DNA from: a bacterium
GTDB lineage: Bacteria; UBA8248
DNA: 64,000 nucleotides
Reading direction: 5' to 3'
Assembly (NCBI GenBank): GCA_965202625.1
Contig: CBDBBI010000010.1
Span: 1,056,001 to 1,120,000, forward strand
The translations under genes and the position numbers were made by a program. Below the pieces are notes generated by a model, which ran no database searches, had not been told where the DNA came from, and saw only the letters and a list, made by a program, of their open reading frames with translations. Numbering within the stretch: the stretch's first letter is position 1; each line of letters begins with the position of its first letter. Below, piece after piece: positions 8,228 through 17,680 of this stretch.

Positions 8228-9283
8228 ATGAACAGCCGGATTCCGCGCTGGGTCGGAGAGCGAATTCCCTTCGACTGGGATCACCTCAAGCACATCACGA
8301 GCGAACCCATTCCGCGTCACCTGAAAAAATGGTGGTTTTGCGTGGGCGGAACCCCGCTGTATCTGTTCCTCATTCAAATCCTCACGGGCATCGCCCTCAC
8401 CTTCTACTACGTGCCCGAGCCGGGCAAGGCGTATGAATCGGTGCGCCACATCACCGAGGCGGTCCCCTTCGGCTGGTGGGTTCGCGGAATACACCGCTGG
8501 GCGGGAGAGCTGATGGTGGTGACCGTCATCCTGCACATGATGCGGGTATTCTTCACGGGTGCGTATCGCAAACCCCGCGAGATCAACTGGCTCATCGGCA
8601 TGGGACTTCTCATCACCATATTCACCTTCGGCTTCACGGGCTATTCCCTGATCTACAACCAACTCTCTTACTGGGCGACCGTGGTGGGCACCAACATCGC
8701 CGCAGCGGTGCCCGTGGCAGGCCCCTATCTCGCCGGCTTCATCCGCGGAGGGCCCGTCATCAGCGCGAACACGCTGACGCGCTTCTACGTGCTCCACATC
8801 GGCATTTTGCCGACCACCGCCTTCATCCTGCTCGCCCTCCACATCTTTTTCATCCGCATTCACGGGGTGAGCGAATTCATCGACCCCCGCGACGAGGAAG
8901 CGAAAAAAGACCGATTTTTCCCGTTTTTCCCCGATCACCTCCTGACCGAAGTAGCCCTTGGGGTTTTTCTCATATTTCTGGTCAGTCAGCTGGCCATCAT
9001 CTTTCCCGCGCAGATGGGCGCGCCGGCGAATCCGGCCATCACGCCTGAACACATCAAGCCTGAGTGGTATTTCTACCCGGTGTTCCGCTGGCTGAAGCTG
9101 TTCTCCTTCGAGACGGGCATCATCGGCGCAATTCTCATCGTCATCGTCATGTTCGCCTGGCCCTGGGTGGACGCCGCCCTGGAACGCCGGGCGCCCGGGC
9201 GGGACGTCAGCATATACGTGGGGGTGCTCGCCGTCCTCGCCATGACGATATTCATGATCATCGAGGGCCTTTCAGGCCACTAG
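8228..9283 (+). CDS. Cytochrome b (b6 plus subunit IV in one chain)
   Basis: WFCVGG, IHRW...LHMMRVF, FGFTGYSL, LHIG...LHIFF, HIKPEWYF. Confidence 0.93.
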   Translation: MNSRIPRWVGERIPFDWDHLKHITSEPIPRHLKKWWFCVGGTPLYLFLIQILTGIALTFYYVPEPGKAYESVRHITEAVPFGWWVRGIHRWAGELMVVTVILHMMRVFFTGAYRKPREINWLIGMGLLITIFTFGFTGYSLIYNQLSYWATVVGTNIAAAVPVAGPYLAGFIRGGPVISANTLTRFYVLHIGILPTTAFILLALHIFFIRIHGVSEFIDPRDEEAKKDRFFPFFPDHLLTEVALGVFLIFLVSQLAIIFPAQMGAPANPAITPEHIKPEWYFYPVFRWLKLFSFETGIIGAILIVIVMFAWPWVDAALERRAPGRDVSIYVGVLAVLAMTIFMIIEGLSGH

Positions 9284-9307
9284 GAATAATGAGGAAGGGA
9301 GGAACTC

Positions 9308-10648
9308 ATGCAGTTGCGAACGAAGCAATGGATAGTCGCAATTTTAAGCTTGTTCTTTCTGGGTTCCCTGATCACCGTCGGTCTGATTGAGAGTGAGCGC
9401 CTCGTGCCCGAGCGGGCGAGGAAGACCGTCGTCACCGCCAAGAACGAAGGCTGCGTGAATTGCCATACGGAGAAATCGCCGGGCATCGTCGCCCAATGGC
9501 AGGACAGCCGACACGCGGAGATCGGCGTGGGCTGTCTGGACTGCCACGAAGCCCAGAAAGAGGACAAGGACGCCTGGCAGCACGAGGGCTCTCTGGTGGC
9601 CGTCATCGTATCGCCGAAGGATTGCGCAAAATGCCACGCCCAGCAGGCGGAGGAGTTCACGGCCAGCCACCACGCGAAGGCGGCGCAGTTCATCGGCAGC
9701 CTGGACAATTTTCTGGGCGTCGTGGTCGAGGGCGTGCCCGCGGCGGTGGGCGGATGCCAAAAATGCCACGGCTCCACCGTGAAGGTGCTTGCGAACGGCA
9801 GGCTCGACCCCGCCACCTGGCCCAACACGGGCATGGGGCGCATCAATCCGGACGGCAGCAACGGCGCATGTTCCGCCTGTCACGCGCGGCACCAATTCTC
9901 GCCCGCGCAATCGCGGCGTCCCGAGAACTGCGGAAAGTGCCACATGGGGCCGGACCATCCCCAAATCGAGATTTACGAGGAATCCAAGCACGGCATCGTC
10001 TTCCACGCGCGCGTGAAAGAGATGAACCTGGACAGCAAAAGCTGGGTGGTCGGCAAGGACTACACGGCGGCGCCCACCTGTGCGACGTGCCACATGAGCG
10101 CGGCGCCGAACCTGCCCACCACCCACGACGTGGGCAAGCGCATCAGCTGGACGCTGCGGCCCGTCATATCGAAGAAACTCTCCAACTGGGAGCAAAAGCG
10201 GACGGACATGAAAAAGGTGTGCGGGGCCTGCCATGGACCGGCGTTCGTCAACGCCTTCTACACGCAATACGACAACGTCATCCACCTCTACAACGAAAAG
10301 TTCGCCATTCCGGCGCAAAACATCATGAAGGAGCTCAAAAAGGAGAAGAAGCTCACCTCCACCCCGTTCGATGAGAAAATCGAGTGGACCTTCTTTGAGC
10401 TATGGCATCACGAGGGACGTCGCGCGCGGATGGGCGCGTCGATGCAGGGGCCGGACTACACGCAGTGGCACGGATTCTACGAGGTCGCCAAGCACTTCTA
10501 CTTCAAGTTCCTGCCGGAGGCGGAGGAGCTGCTGCCCGGCGTGAGCGACAAATTCGTGAAGGGCCAGCACCACGCCTGGCGCAAGGGAATGAACAAAGAG
10601 CAGATTCAGAACATGCTCGATTTCTATCAGACGCGCTACGGGCAATAG
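9308..10648 (+). CDS. Octaheme hydroxylamine oxidoreductase (HAO)-family cytochrome c, predicted reductive type
   Basis: Eight CxxCH motifs; CGKCHMGPDHPQIEIYEESKHG, APTCATCHM, HHEGRRARMGASMQGPDYTQWHG; N-terminal TM anchor. Confidence 0.92.
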   Translation: MQLRTKQWIVAILSLFFLGSLITVGLIESERLVPERARKTVVTAKNEGCVNCHTEKSPGIVAQWQDSRHAEIGVGCLDCHEAQKEDKDAWQHEGSLVAVIVSPKDCAKCHAQQAEEFTASHHAKAAQFIGSLDNFLGVVVEGVPAAVGGCQKCHGSTVKVLANGRLDPATWPNTGMGRINPDGSNGACSACHARHQFSPAQSRRPENCGKCHMGPDHPQIEIYEESKHGIVFHARVKEMNLDSKSWVVGKDYTAAPTCATCHMSAAPNLPTTHDVGKRISWTLRPVISKKLSNWEQKRTDMKKVCGACHGPAFVNAFYTQYDNVIHLYNEKFAIPAQNIMKELKKEKKLTSTPFDEKIEWTFFELWHHEGRRARMGASMQGPDYTQWHGFYEVAKHFYFKFLPEAEELLPGVSDKFVKGQHHAWRKGMNKEQIQNMLDFYQTRYGQ

Positions 10649-10712
10649 AAAAAGCCGAGGGGCCAGCGCAAGAGAGGGCGGTTTTGCGTCCGCCGATTTC
10701 GGAATGCGCCTC

Positions 10713-12014
10713 TCAAAGTTCGACGACGTCCATGGCGTCCGGATTGAGAACCCGGGGGCCATTCTCCTCGACGATCACCTGGGGGCCGAACACCAGGAAA
10801 ATCCTGTCCTCATGGGCGGCCTTCACCTCGACGGCGAGCGTCATGCCCGCCTGGACCTCAAAATCCTCCAAAAAACCATAGCGATCGCCCGCCAGGGCGC
10901 GCCATTCGGGGTTCTCGGCCAGGCTCCCCTCCACGAAGGCCTCGCGCCAGGGAGAATCTCTGGGAATATCGCCCGCGCATATCGTCGTCAAGGGCGGCTC
11001 GATGCCGTCGATTCCCACGCCGTGCACCTGGGGAATCTCGTGGTAATATCCGCCCCGCAGCACCGCCTCGCTGGATGCGCGATCCACTTCGGACCATGCC
11101 GTCCCCGGCTTGAGGGCTTCGAGTGCGGCGTGGAGACTTTCCCGCACCGCCTCGCGCAGCGGCTTGTATTCCGCATCCATCCGGCCGAGCGACATGGAGG
11201 TATGCGGATGGCTCCAGTAGCCTCCATAGCGCGCGTAATAGCCGATGCACAGCATATCTCCCGAGCGGAGAACCCTGTCCGTGGGCCTTCTGTTCACCGG
11301 ATAGCCCTTGCCCGAGCAGAGGATCAGCCAGTTGTCGCGGCCCGGCTCCGCTCCCGCCCGCAGGCTCGCGTTGAAAAGCGCGGCGTATATCTCGTTCTCC
11401 CTGACGCCCGGGCGGCAGCATCCGAGCACGGTGTCTATCTCCAGGTTCACCATCTCCGCCGCTTTTTCCATCATCGCGATCTCCTCGGGGCTCTTCACCA
11501 TGCGAAGGCGCGTGAGGATGTCCGAGGCGTCCGAGAACGCGCCATCCGGCAGCAGGCGCTTGAGATTCTGATACGTCATGTAGGGAATCGCGCCCTCAGC
11601 GCCGTATCCGCCGCCGATCAACCCGACAATCCCTATGTTGCCCCGCTCGTAGCCCAGCTCCTTGACGGCGTCGGAGGCTACGACGCTCACCTTGCCCTCG
11701 TGTCCCCGGTAGCGCACCCCCTCGAAGCAGGAATCCGTGTACCACTTGCCCCAGTTTTGCAGGAGCCAGAAGGTGACGGGCGATCCCTTGCGGGGGAAGA
11801 CCATGCTGCGCTCCCCATAATCCCCTCCGTCGAGCCATCGGGCGTTGCCGTTGCCGTTCATCCCGCGCCCCACGATGATGAGGCAGTCAAGCCCTCGCGC
11901 ATCCATCGCGGCGCGAGTCGCGTCCCACCTTCTGTCGCGCTCCCGGGTCGAGAACGCGGCCGCGGCATCGCCCAGACGACCATCTTTCGGAAAAAACCTC
12001 GGGTCGGTCACCAT
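10713..12014 (-). CDS. M24 (creatinase / Xaa-Pro peptidase fold) protein
   Basis: LRMVKSPEEI, RPGVRENEI, YGGY, HGVG, MTLAVE. Confidence 0.8.
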   Translation of the reverse strand: MVTDPRFFPKDGRLGDAAAAFSTRERDRRWDATRAAMDARGLDCLIIVGRGMNGNGNARWLDGGDYGERSMVFPRKGSPVTFWLLQNWGKWYTDSCFEGVRYRGHEGKVSVVASDAVKELGYERGNIGIVGLIGGGYGAEGAIPYMTYQNLKRLLPDGAFSDASDILTRLRMVKSPEEIAMMEKAAEMVNLEIDTVLGCCRPGVRENEIYAALFNASLRAGAEPGRDNWLILCSGKGYPVNRRPTDRVLRSGDMLCIGYYARYGGYWSHPHTSMSLGRMDAEYKPLREAVRESLHAALEALKPGTAWSEVDRASSEAVLRGGYYHEIPQVHGVGIDGIEPPLTTICAGDIPRDSPWREAFVEGSLAENPEWRALAGDRYGFLEDFEVQAGMTLAVEVKAAHEDRIFLVFGPQVIVEENGPRVLNPDAMDVVEL

Positions 12015-12132
12015 CTCCCATCTCCCATGTGCAAGGCGAATCCTCCGCGCGCGACTGGACGCGGAGGAGCGGAATCATTTAGCCTCGACTCTCATCTGCT
12101 CTCACTATAATAGATTCGCTGGCGTCAGAAAA

Positions 12133-13254
12133 ATGAGCGACCGAAAATTCACCTGCATTGATTGCGGTCAAAACCATCCCTTGCGCCTCCCCCGCTGGCG
12201 ATGCGACTGCGGCGGGCCGCTGGAGGTGGAGGGCCCGAACATGTTCCCGCGCGATGCGCTTGCAGGGCGGCCAGCCAGCCTATGGCGCTACCGGGAGGCG
12301 CTTCCCATCGAGAGCGACGCGCACGTCGTCAGCATGGGCGAGGGCATGACGCCGCTCATCCCCGTCGCTTTCTCCGGAATGGAAATTCTCTGCAAACTCG
12401 ACTTTTTGTTCCCCACCGGCTCGTTCAAGGATCGCGGTGCCACCGCCCTCATCAGCAAACTCAAAGAATGGGGGATCACGAAAGTGCTGGTCGATTCCTC
12501 CGGAAACGCCGCCGCGGCCATCGCCGCCTACGCCGCGCGCGCCGGAATGGAATGCGAGGTCTACGCGCCCGCGTCCACCTCCGCCGCCAAGTGCGCGCAA
12601 ATCACAGCCTACGGCGCGGCCCTCCGCAAAATACCCGGCCCCAGACAAGCCGCGACGGACGCTGCGGTGGCGGCGTCTGGGAAACGCTTCTACGCTTCCC
12701 ATTTCTGGAACCCCTGGTTTCACCACGGAACGAAGACCTGGGCGTTCGAGGTCTGGGAACAGCGCGGCTTTCAGGCACCCGACTCCGTCGTCGTCCCCGC
12801 CGGCCATGGCTCTATGCTCATTGGCGCGCACCGGGGCTTTTCCGCGCTTCTCCGGGCCGGCTACGTCGCCAAAATGCCGAGAATCTTCGCCGCACAGGCG
12901 GCGGGCTGCGCACCGATGGTGAGAATGTGGGAGGAGAACCTGAAAGCCGTCCCCGCCCTCCGCCCGAAGGCCACGCTGGCGGAGGGCATCTCCATCGCCG
13001 CGCCGGTGCGCTGGAAGCAGATGCGCGAGGCGGTGCGCGAGAGCGGGGGCCGTTTTCTCTCGGTCGAGGATGCGCAGCTGCCCCCCATCCTCAAGGCGTT
13101 TGGCAAAAAGGGCGTCTGGATGGAGCCGACGAGTGCCGTCGCGTTCGCCGCAGCCGCCCTTTTGAGAGAGCGGGGAGAGATCGCAGCAGGGGAGACCGTC
13201 GTCGTTCCCGCGACGGGCCATGGACTGAAAGCCGCTGACAAACGAGAGAAATAA
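12133..13254 (+). CDS. Threonine synthase-like PLP enzyme
   Basis: Zn-ribbon N-terminus, SMGEGMTPL, PTGSFKDRG, DSSGNAA, EPTSA. Confidence 0.85.
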   Translation: MSDRKFTCIDCGQNHPLRLPRWRCDCGGPLEVEGPNMFPRDALAGRPASLWRYREALPIESDAHVVSMGEGMTPLIPVAFSGMEILCKLDFLFPTGSFKDRGATALISKLKEWGITKVLVDSSGNAAAAIAAYAARAGMECEVYAPASTSAAKCAQITAYGAALRKIPGPRQAATDAAVAASGKRFYASHFWNPWFHHGTKTWAFEVWEQRGFQAPDSVVVPAGHGSMLIGAHRGFSALLRAGYVAKMPRIFAAQAAGCAPMVRMWEENLKAVPALRPKATLAEGISIAAPVRWKQMREAVRESGGRFLSVEDAQLPPILKAFGKKGVWMEPTSAVAFAAAALLRERGEIAAGETVVVPATGHGLKAADKREK

Positions 13255-13375
13255 CGGGTGCCTGATGGATTTTCGCCGCCTGGAGTTGAACCTGTAGATT
13301 TCTCAAACCGCAGACGCCGTTTTCTGCGCGCCGGACAGAATGGAACAGCCGACCGCACGCGAGAGGAGGTTTTTC

Positions 13376-14581
13376 ATGTACAACGCCATCGCCCCTGTTC
13401 CCGTGGATGGGGACTACATCGTTCAACTCGCACAGGAGCTGATTCGCATACCGGCGGAAAACCCGCCGGGAGACTGCTCCGCCATCGCCGAGCGCATTCT
13501 GGCGGAGCTCAAGGCCATCGGCGTCGAGGACGTCCGCACCCATGAATACGAGGCGGGAATGCCGAATTTCATCATCCAGACCGGCTCCGGCGGGCCGGGC
13601 GGCCATCTCCTCATCGGCGGCCACATGGACACCGTGCCCGTTCACCCGGACGAGGTGGAAGCCTGGGAGGTCCCTCCATTCAGCGGCGACCTGAGGGGGG
13701 GTGAAATCTGGGGCCGGGGCGCCGCCGACATGAAAGGCGCTCTGGCTTCCACCATCGGCGCGCTCAAGGCGCTCCGGGACGAGAACGTCCCCCTGGACGG
13801 CGCCCTCACCTGGGTGCTGCTCTCAGACGGGGAGAAGGGCGACTACCACGGCGCGCAGGCGCTGACGGACAACGGCGTCCTGAAAGAGTTGGGCGGCGAC
13901 ATGGTGCTCTACACCGAATCGACGGGCAACAACGTCATCCGATCCTTCAAGGGGCGCGTCTTCTTCGAGGTCAAGGCGCGCGGCCGATCGGTTCACGTAA
14001 GCGTGCCGGAGAAAGGGGTCAACGCCATCGAGAAGATGGCGAAGATCATCGGCGCCTTTCGGGCGGAGCGCATCGCACCGCCGCCGCACCCGTTTCTGGG
14101 TCCCTCCACCCTCGCCTTCTCCACCATCAAGGGAGGCTCCGCAGTCAACGTCGTAGGCGGACGCTGCAGTGCCACTTTCGACGTGCGGATGCTGCCGGGG
14201 CAAACCTCGGCGGGCGTAAAGGAGCAGCTCGAGAACGTTCTGGCGGAACTCGCCCAGGAGGATCCTGAATTCGACGCATCTCTCGAGATACTGCCCAGCG
14301 GGGCGCGCGAGGTCACCGAAATCGCCGAGGACGCGCCCGTCGTTCGGCTCATGGAGCGGGTCGTCCCCGCGGTGAGGGGCAGGCCGGCCGCGCATCTGCC
14401 CGGCATCGAATCTCCGGGTGCGCTCCGGCTTTTCATCGAAAACGGAATTCCGGGAATTTTCTTTGGCCCCGGCGAGTTCATATCGGAGGCGCATCTTCCG
14501 AACGAGCGCGTTCCGGCACAAAACCTCATTGACGCCGCCGGAATGTTCGCCACGGCCGCCAAGGCGCACTGCCGAAAATAA
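13376..14581 (+). CDS. M20 family (ArgE/DapE-like) metallopeptidase
   Basis: GHMDTVP, GRGAADMKG, FGPG...AHLPNE; RBS GAGGAGG. Confidence 0.88.
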   Translation: MYNAIAPVPVDGDYIVQLAQELIRIPAENPPGDCSAIAERILAELKAIGVEDVRTHEYEAGMPNFIIQTGSGGPGGHLLIGGHMDTVPVHPDEVEAWEVPPFSGDLRGGEIWGRGAADMKGALASTIGALKALRDENVPLDGALTWVLLSDGEKGDYHGAQALTDNGVLKELGGDMVLYTESTGNNVIRSFKGRVFFEVKARGRSVHVSVPEKGVNAIEKMAKIIGAFRAERIAPPPHPFLGPSTLAFSTIKGGSAVNVVGGRCSATFDVRMLPGQTSAGVKEQLENVLAELAQEDPEFDASLEILPSGAREVTEIAEDAPVVRLMERVVPAVRGRPAAHLPGIESPGALRLFIENGIPGIFFGPGEFISEAHLPNERVPAQNLIDAAGMFATAAKAHCRK

Positions 14582-14648
14582 ATGCGCCGAACGACGGAGA
14601 AAAATAGCCGAGAGAGCACCGCTGCGCGCGCACCGCCTCGCCCTCGCC

Positions 14649-15026
14649 TCAATATCCCTCGTCTATCACCTCTTTGAGCTGCGTGCACCCGGCGACCAGT
14701 GCCGTCATTCCGCAGGGGGGCAGCATGCACTCGAGCGCCTCTGTCGCCTCCTCGACCGTAGCGCCGAGCTGCAAGGCCTTTTTCAGGTGGTTCTTGATGC
14801 CCTCCGTATCAGAGGGGTCGCGCGAAGCGCTCGCCACGGCGATAAAAAGCTCCTTGTATTTCTCCGGAAACGGCCCCTCCTTCTTCATGATGTGGTTCTT
14901 GAGGTTCTCGTAGTTCTCCAGAAGGTCCGGGTCCACCTCGCACAAAAGCGCATAAGCAGGATAGATAAACCCGCGAGCCGCTTTCATGCGCTCATACAGC
15001 GCCCTGCCCCGCTCGCTCATCGCCAT
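14649..15026 (-). CDS. Carboxymuconolactone decarboxylase / AhpD-like protein
   Basis: KYKELFIAV...HLKKALQLGATVEEATEAL. Confidence 0.8.
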   Translation of the reverse strand: MAMSERGRALYERMKAARGFIYPAYALLCEVDPDLLENYENLKNHIMKKEGPFPEKYKELFIAVASASRDPSDTEGIKNHLKKALQLGATVEEATEALECMLPPCGMTALVAGCTQLKEVIDEGY

Positions 15027-15073
15027 CGTGAATCCTCCCAAGCGCCCTCGCCCGGCGGCGCATTGCTTCCCGC

Positions 15074-15844
15074 TTACGGATACACTTCCTTCTCCAGGAC
15101 GGAAGCCTCATGTCCGGGCAGAATATATTCCTCCTTCGTCGCCCGGTTGATGCACTTCCAAATGGAATCCACCGCGTCCTTCATGCTCGACATCTGGCCG
15201 GCGGGAACGCGCCGCTTGAGGCCCTCCTGAATCTGAATCACGTCGGCGGCGATCACGTAGGTACCGACGCGCGTCTCCACGGCGACGGAACAATGCCCCG
15301 GCGTGTGGCCCGGCGTGTGGAAATAGGTGACGCCCGGCACGATCTCGAAATTATCCGTCCAGATGGGCTCGAAGATGATGCCCTGCTGTGCGACGACCGG
15401 CCAGCGGGTGTTGGGGTGAATCGGTGCGTCATAGGGTTTGGATTGCAGCGCGACCGGACAGACGGAGTATTGCAGCTCTTCCGCCCACACGTATTTGACG
15501 GCGTTGGTGAACAGGTCGCAGTTCTGGGAATGATCCCAGTGCAGGTGCGTGAGAATCAGAATGTCCACCTCCTCGGGCTTCCAGCCGGCACCCTCGAGCC
15601 GCTTCCTCACCCCCTGTTCGGGCTCCCTGCTGGCGGGCCAGGGCGCACCACCGCGCTCGGGGTCCAGAAAGCTCGTGTCGACCACGATTTTCACGTCTTT
15701 TCCGTCGCGATCCTTCGCCCCCTCGATCATGTAGATGAAGGAGGGAATAGCGAGCTTCGTTCCGAAATTCGTCCAATACACCATGTTGGAATAATCCGTG
15801 TGAATGGTGCCGCAGTTCAGGGGACGGATGGTGAGATCTGGCAT
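15074..15844 (-). CDS. MBL-fold hydrolase, N-acyl-homoserine lactonase family
   Basis: THLHWDH, TPGHTPGH, AAD, LPGHE. Confidence 0.85.
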   Translation of the reverse strand: MPDLTIRPLNCGTIHTDYSNMVYWTNFGTKLAIPSFIYMIEGAKDRDGKDVKIVVDTSFLDPERGGAPWPASREPEQGVRKRLEGAGWKPEEVDILILTHLHWDHSQNCDLFTNAVKYVWAEELQYSVCPVALQSKPYDAPIHPNTRWPVVAQQGIIFEPIWTDNFEIVPGVTYFHTPGHTPGHCSVAVETRVGTYVIAADVIQIQEGLKRRVPAGQMSSMKDAVDSIWKCINRATKEEYILPGHEASVLEKEVYP

Positions 15845-15961
15845 GGAACTATCCTTTCTGGCTTGGGTTTCGCGGCCAGAAGGCCGCAAACGAACAATGG
15901 CGGTCAATCGCCTGATAATCGCCGGCACAGGCACCGCACCGGCGATGGAATACGCGGTTCG

Positions 15962-16561
15962 TCAGGTTCGCGCGGTTCGGGAGAAGCGCACCACCTCCCT
16001 CAGCGCATCGGGGCCTTCCGGCTCGGTCGCGTCAAGACCAAGAGCGATGTTCAGCCGATTGCTCATGTTGCGATACGCCACGGAGCCGATGATGTCCATC
16101 AGGTTCTCCTCGCTGAAGCCCACCTCGCGCAGCGCGTCCAAATCCGCCTCGCGCATCGCATAGTGATCAAGCGTGAGCTTCTCGGCGAAGGCGAGCATCG
16201 CCTTGTCCGCATCGTCGAGAACCGGAGAATTGTCCCTGTCCATTACCACGGTCGCCACCTCCGCCATCGTGACGCCCTCGCCGCTTTCCGCACGGAAAGC
16301 CTGGCCATGGTTCATCGTTCAGCCGTAGCAGCCGCCAATCGTGGCCACGTAGTAGGAGAGGAGCTCCTCGCGCCTTCTGCCCAAAGTCGAATTGCCGCCA
16401 TGCACGGCCATGTTCATCGTCTGGCGTCCGTTCAGCACCTCGGGACGGCGCGCCATAGCGAGCAGCAGACGGGGCACGGCGCCTCTTTTCTTACGTATGC
16501 CCTCGAGAATCCCTTTCGCGGGTTCTTGCGCCTCGTTCAGCCTTAAAGGGGATATCCACAT
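15962..16561 (-). CDS. AhpD-like peroxidase-related selenoprotein (in-frame UGA at 16319-16321, CxxU)
   Basis: ORFs 16319-16561 and 15962-16315 share a frame: ELLSYYVATIGGCYG-TGA-TMNHG; hairpin 18 nt downstream. Confidence 0.8.
16283..16300 (-). promoter_or_regulatory. Putative bacterial SECIS upper stem-loop
   Basis: GCTTTCC-GTGC-GGAAAGC starts 18 nt after the UGA; G leads the apical loop. Confidence 0.65.
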
Positions 16562-16589
16562 TCTGTTTTCTCCTCAACGCCGATATCAT

Positions 16590-17642
16590 TCACTCGATTG
16601 TAGCCGCGCGCTCTTTCTGAAACGCGGGCATCACCTCTTTTGAAAACCTCTCCAGGGAGAGAATCGCCTCGTCCTGGGGTATGCCCCGGAGAACGAACAG
16701 CATGACGTGATTCACCTTGAACTCCGACTGGAGACGCTTGAGATCGGCAATCACCTTCTCTGGCGGACCGATGACGCCGCCCCCCTCGATGACCTCGCGG
16801 ATGTTGACGTCGTAGCTCCAGTTGCGCTTGAGGGCCTCTTTCTCCTCAATGGACATCTCGATGGAGTTCACCGCGCTGCGGTAGGAAAGATACCAGGATT
16901 CCGAGGGCTCGATCTGCTTCCAGGCGCGCTCGGGATCGTCGCAAACGTGCACGTGGTGGGCCATGAGGGCGGGATAATCGTCCGGGTTCCCCCCGCGCTT
17001 CCTCACCGCCTCGTGAAACAAGCCCATTTTTTCCAGATACGCCTCGGGCCCCTTGAAGGTGCCCGAGGCCATGACGTTAAAACCCCTCTCTCCAGCAAAG
17101 GCATAGGTTTCGGGGCTCGTGCCGGCCAGCCAAACGGGAGGACGCGGCTTCTGAATCGGTTTGGGGAATATCTCCGCGTCAATGCAGCTGTAATGCTTTC
17201 CGCGAAAGGTGAGGCATTCTCCCTCCAGAAGGCGGGTCAGTACCTCAATGCCCTCCTGCATCTTCTCTCTGCTGTCGGTGGGAGAGACGTCAAAGCCCTG
17301 AAACTCCTTCGGCTGGGAGCCTCGGCCTATGCCCAGCTCCAGGCGTCCGCCGCTGAGCACGTCGGCGAGAGCGGCCTGCTCGGCCAGGCGCACCGGATTG
17401 TGGAAGGGCATGATGCAGATGGCGGTGCCCACCCTGATCCTCTTCGTTCTTTGCGCGATGGCGAGGGCGACCATGAGCGCGTCCGGGCACATGCCCACGC
17501 GCGAGAAATGGTGCTCCGCCAGAAACACGGCCTCGTAGCCCAGCGCATCAGCCGCCTCGCACTGGACGATCAGCTGCTCGAACTCATGCTGATAGGTCTC
17601 GCCTTCCTGACACGCCGGAATATAGAAAAGAGAGAATTTCAT
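16590..17642 (-). CDS. LLM-class (luciferase-like) flavin-dependent oxidoreductase
   Basis: FLAEHHF, RIRVGTA, NPVRLAEQAALADVLSGGRLELGIGRG. Confidence 0.92.
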   Translation of the reverse strand: MKFSLFYIPACQEGETYQHEFEQLIVQCEAADALGYEAVFLAEHHFSRVGMCPDALMVALAIAQRTKRIRVGTAICIMPFHNPVRLAEQAALADVLSGGRLELGIGRGSQPKEFQGFDVSPTDSREKMQEGIEVLTRLLEGECLTFRGKHYSCIDAEIFPKPIQKPRPPVWLAGTSPETYAFAGERGFNVMASGTFKGPEAYLEKMGLFHEAVRKRGGNPDDYPALMAHHVHVCDDPERAWKQIEPSESWYLSYRSAVNSIEMSIEEKEALKRNWSYDVNIREVIEGGGVIGPPEKVIADLKRLQSEFKVNHVMLFVLRGIPQDEAILSLERFSKEVMPAFQKERAATIE

Positions 17643-17680
17643 CTTTCAGGCCTCCAACCTCGACGTGAAAATCTGGCGGA

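Noticed and set aside
9308-10648. Evidence for ammonia oxidation or anammox
   Set aside because: HAO-family protein appears to lack the cross-link Tyr; no amo, cycAB or hzs genes in the window
5694-12110. Long antisense or overlapping ORFs (e.g. 5694-7289, 7775-9052, 10704-12110 and similar elsewhere)
   Set aside because: Shadow frames of real genes in GC-rich DNA; no motifs
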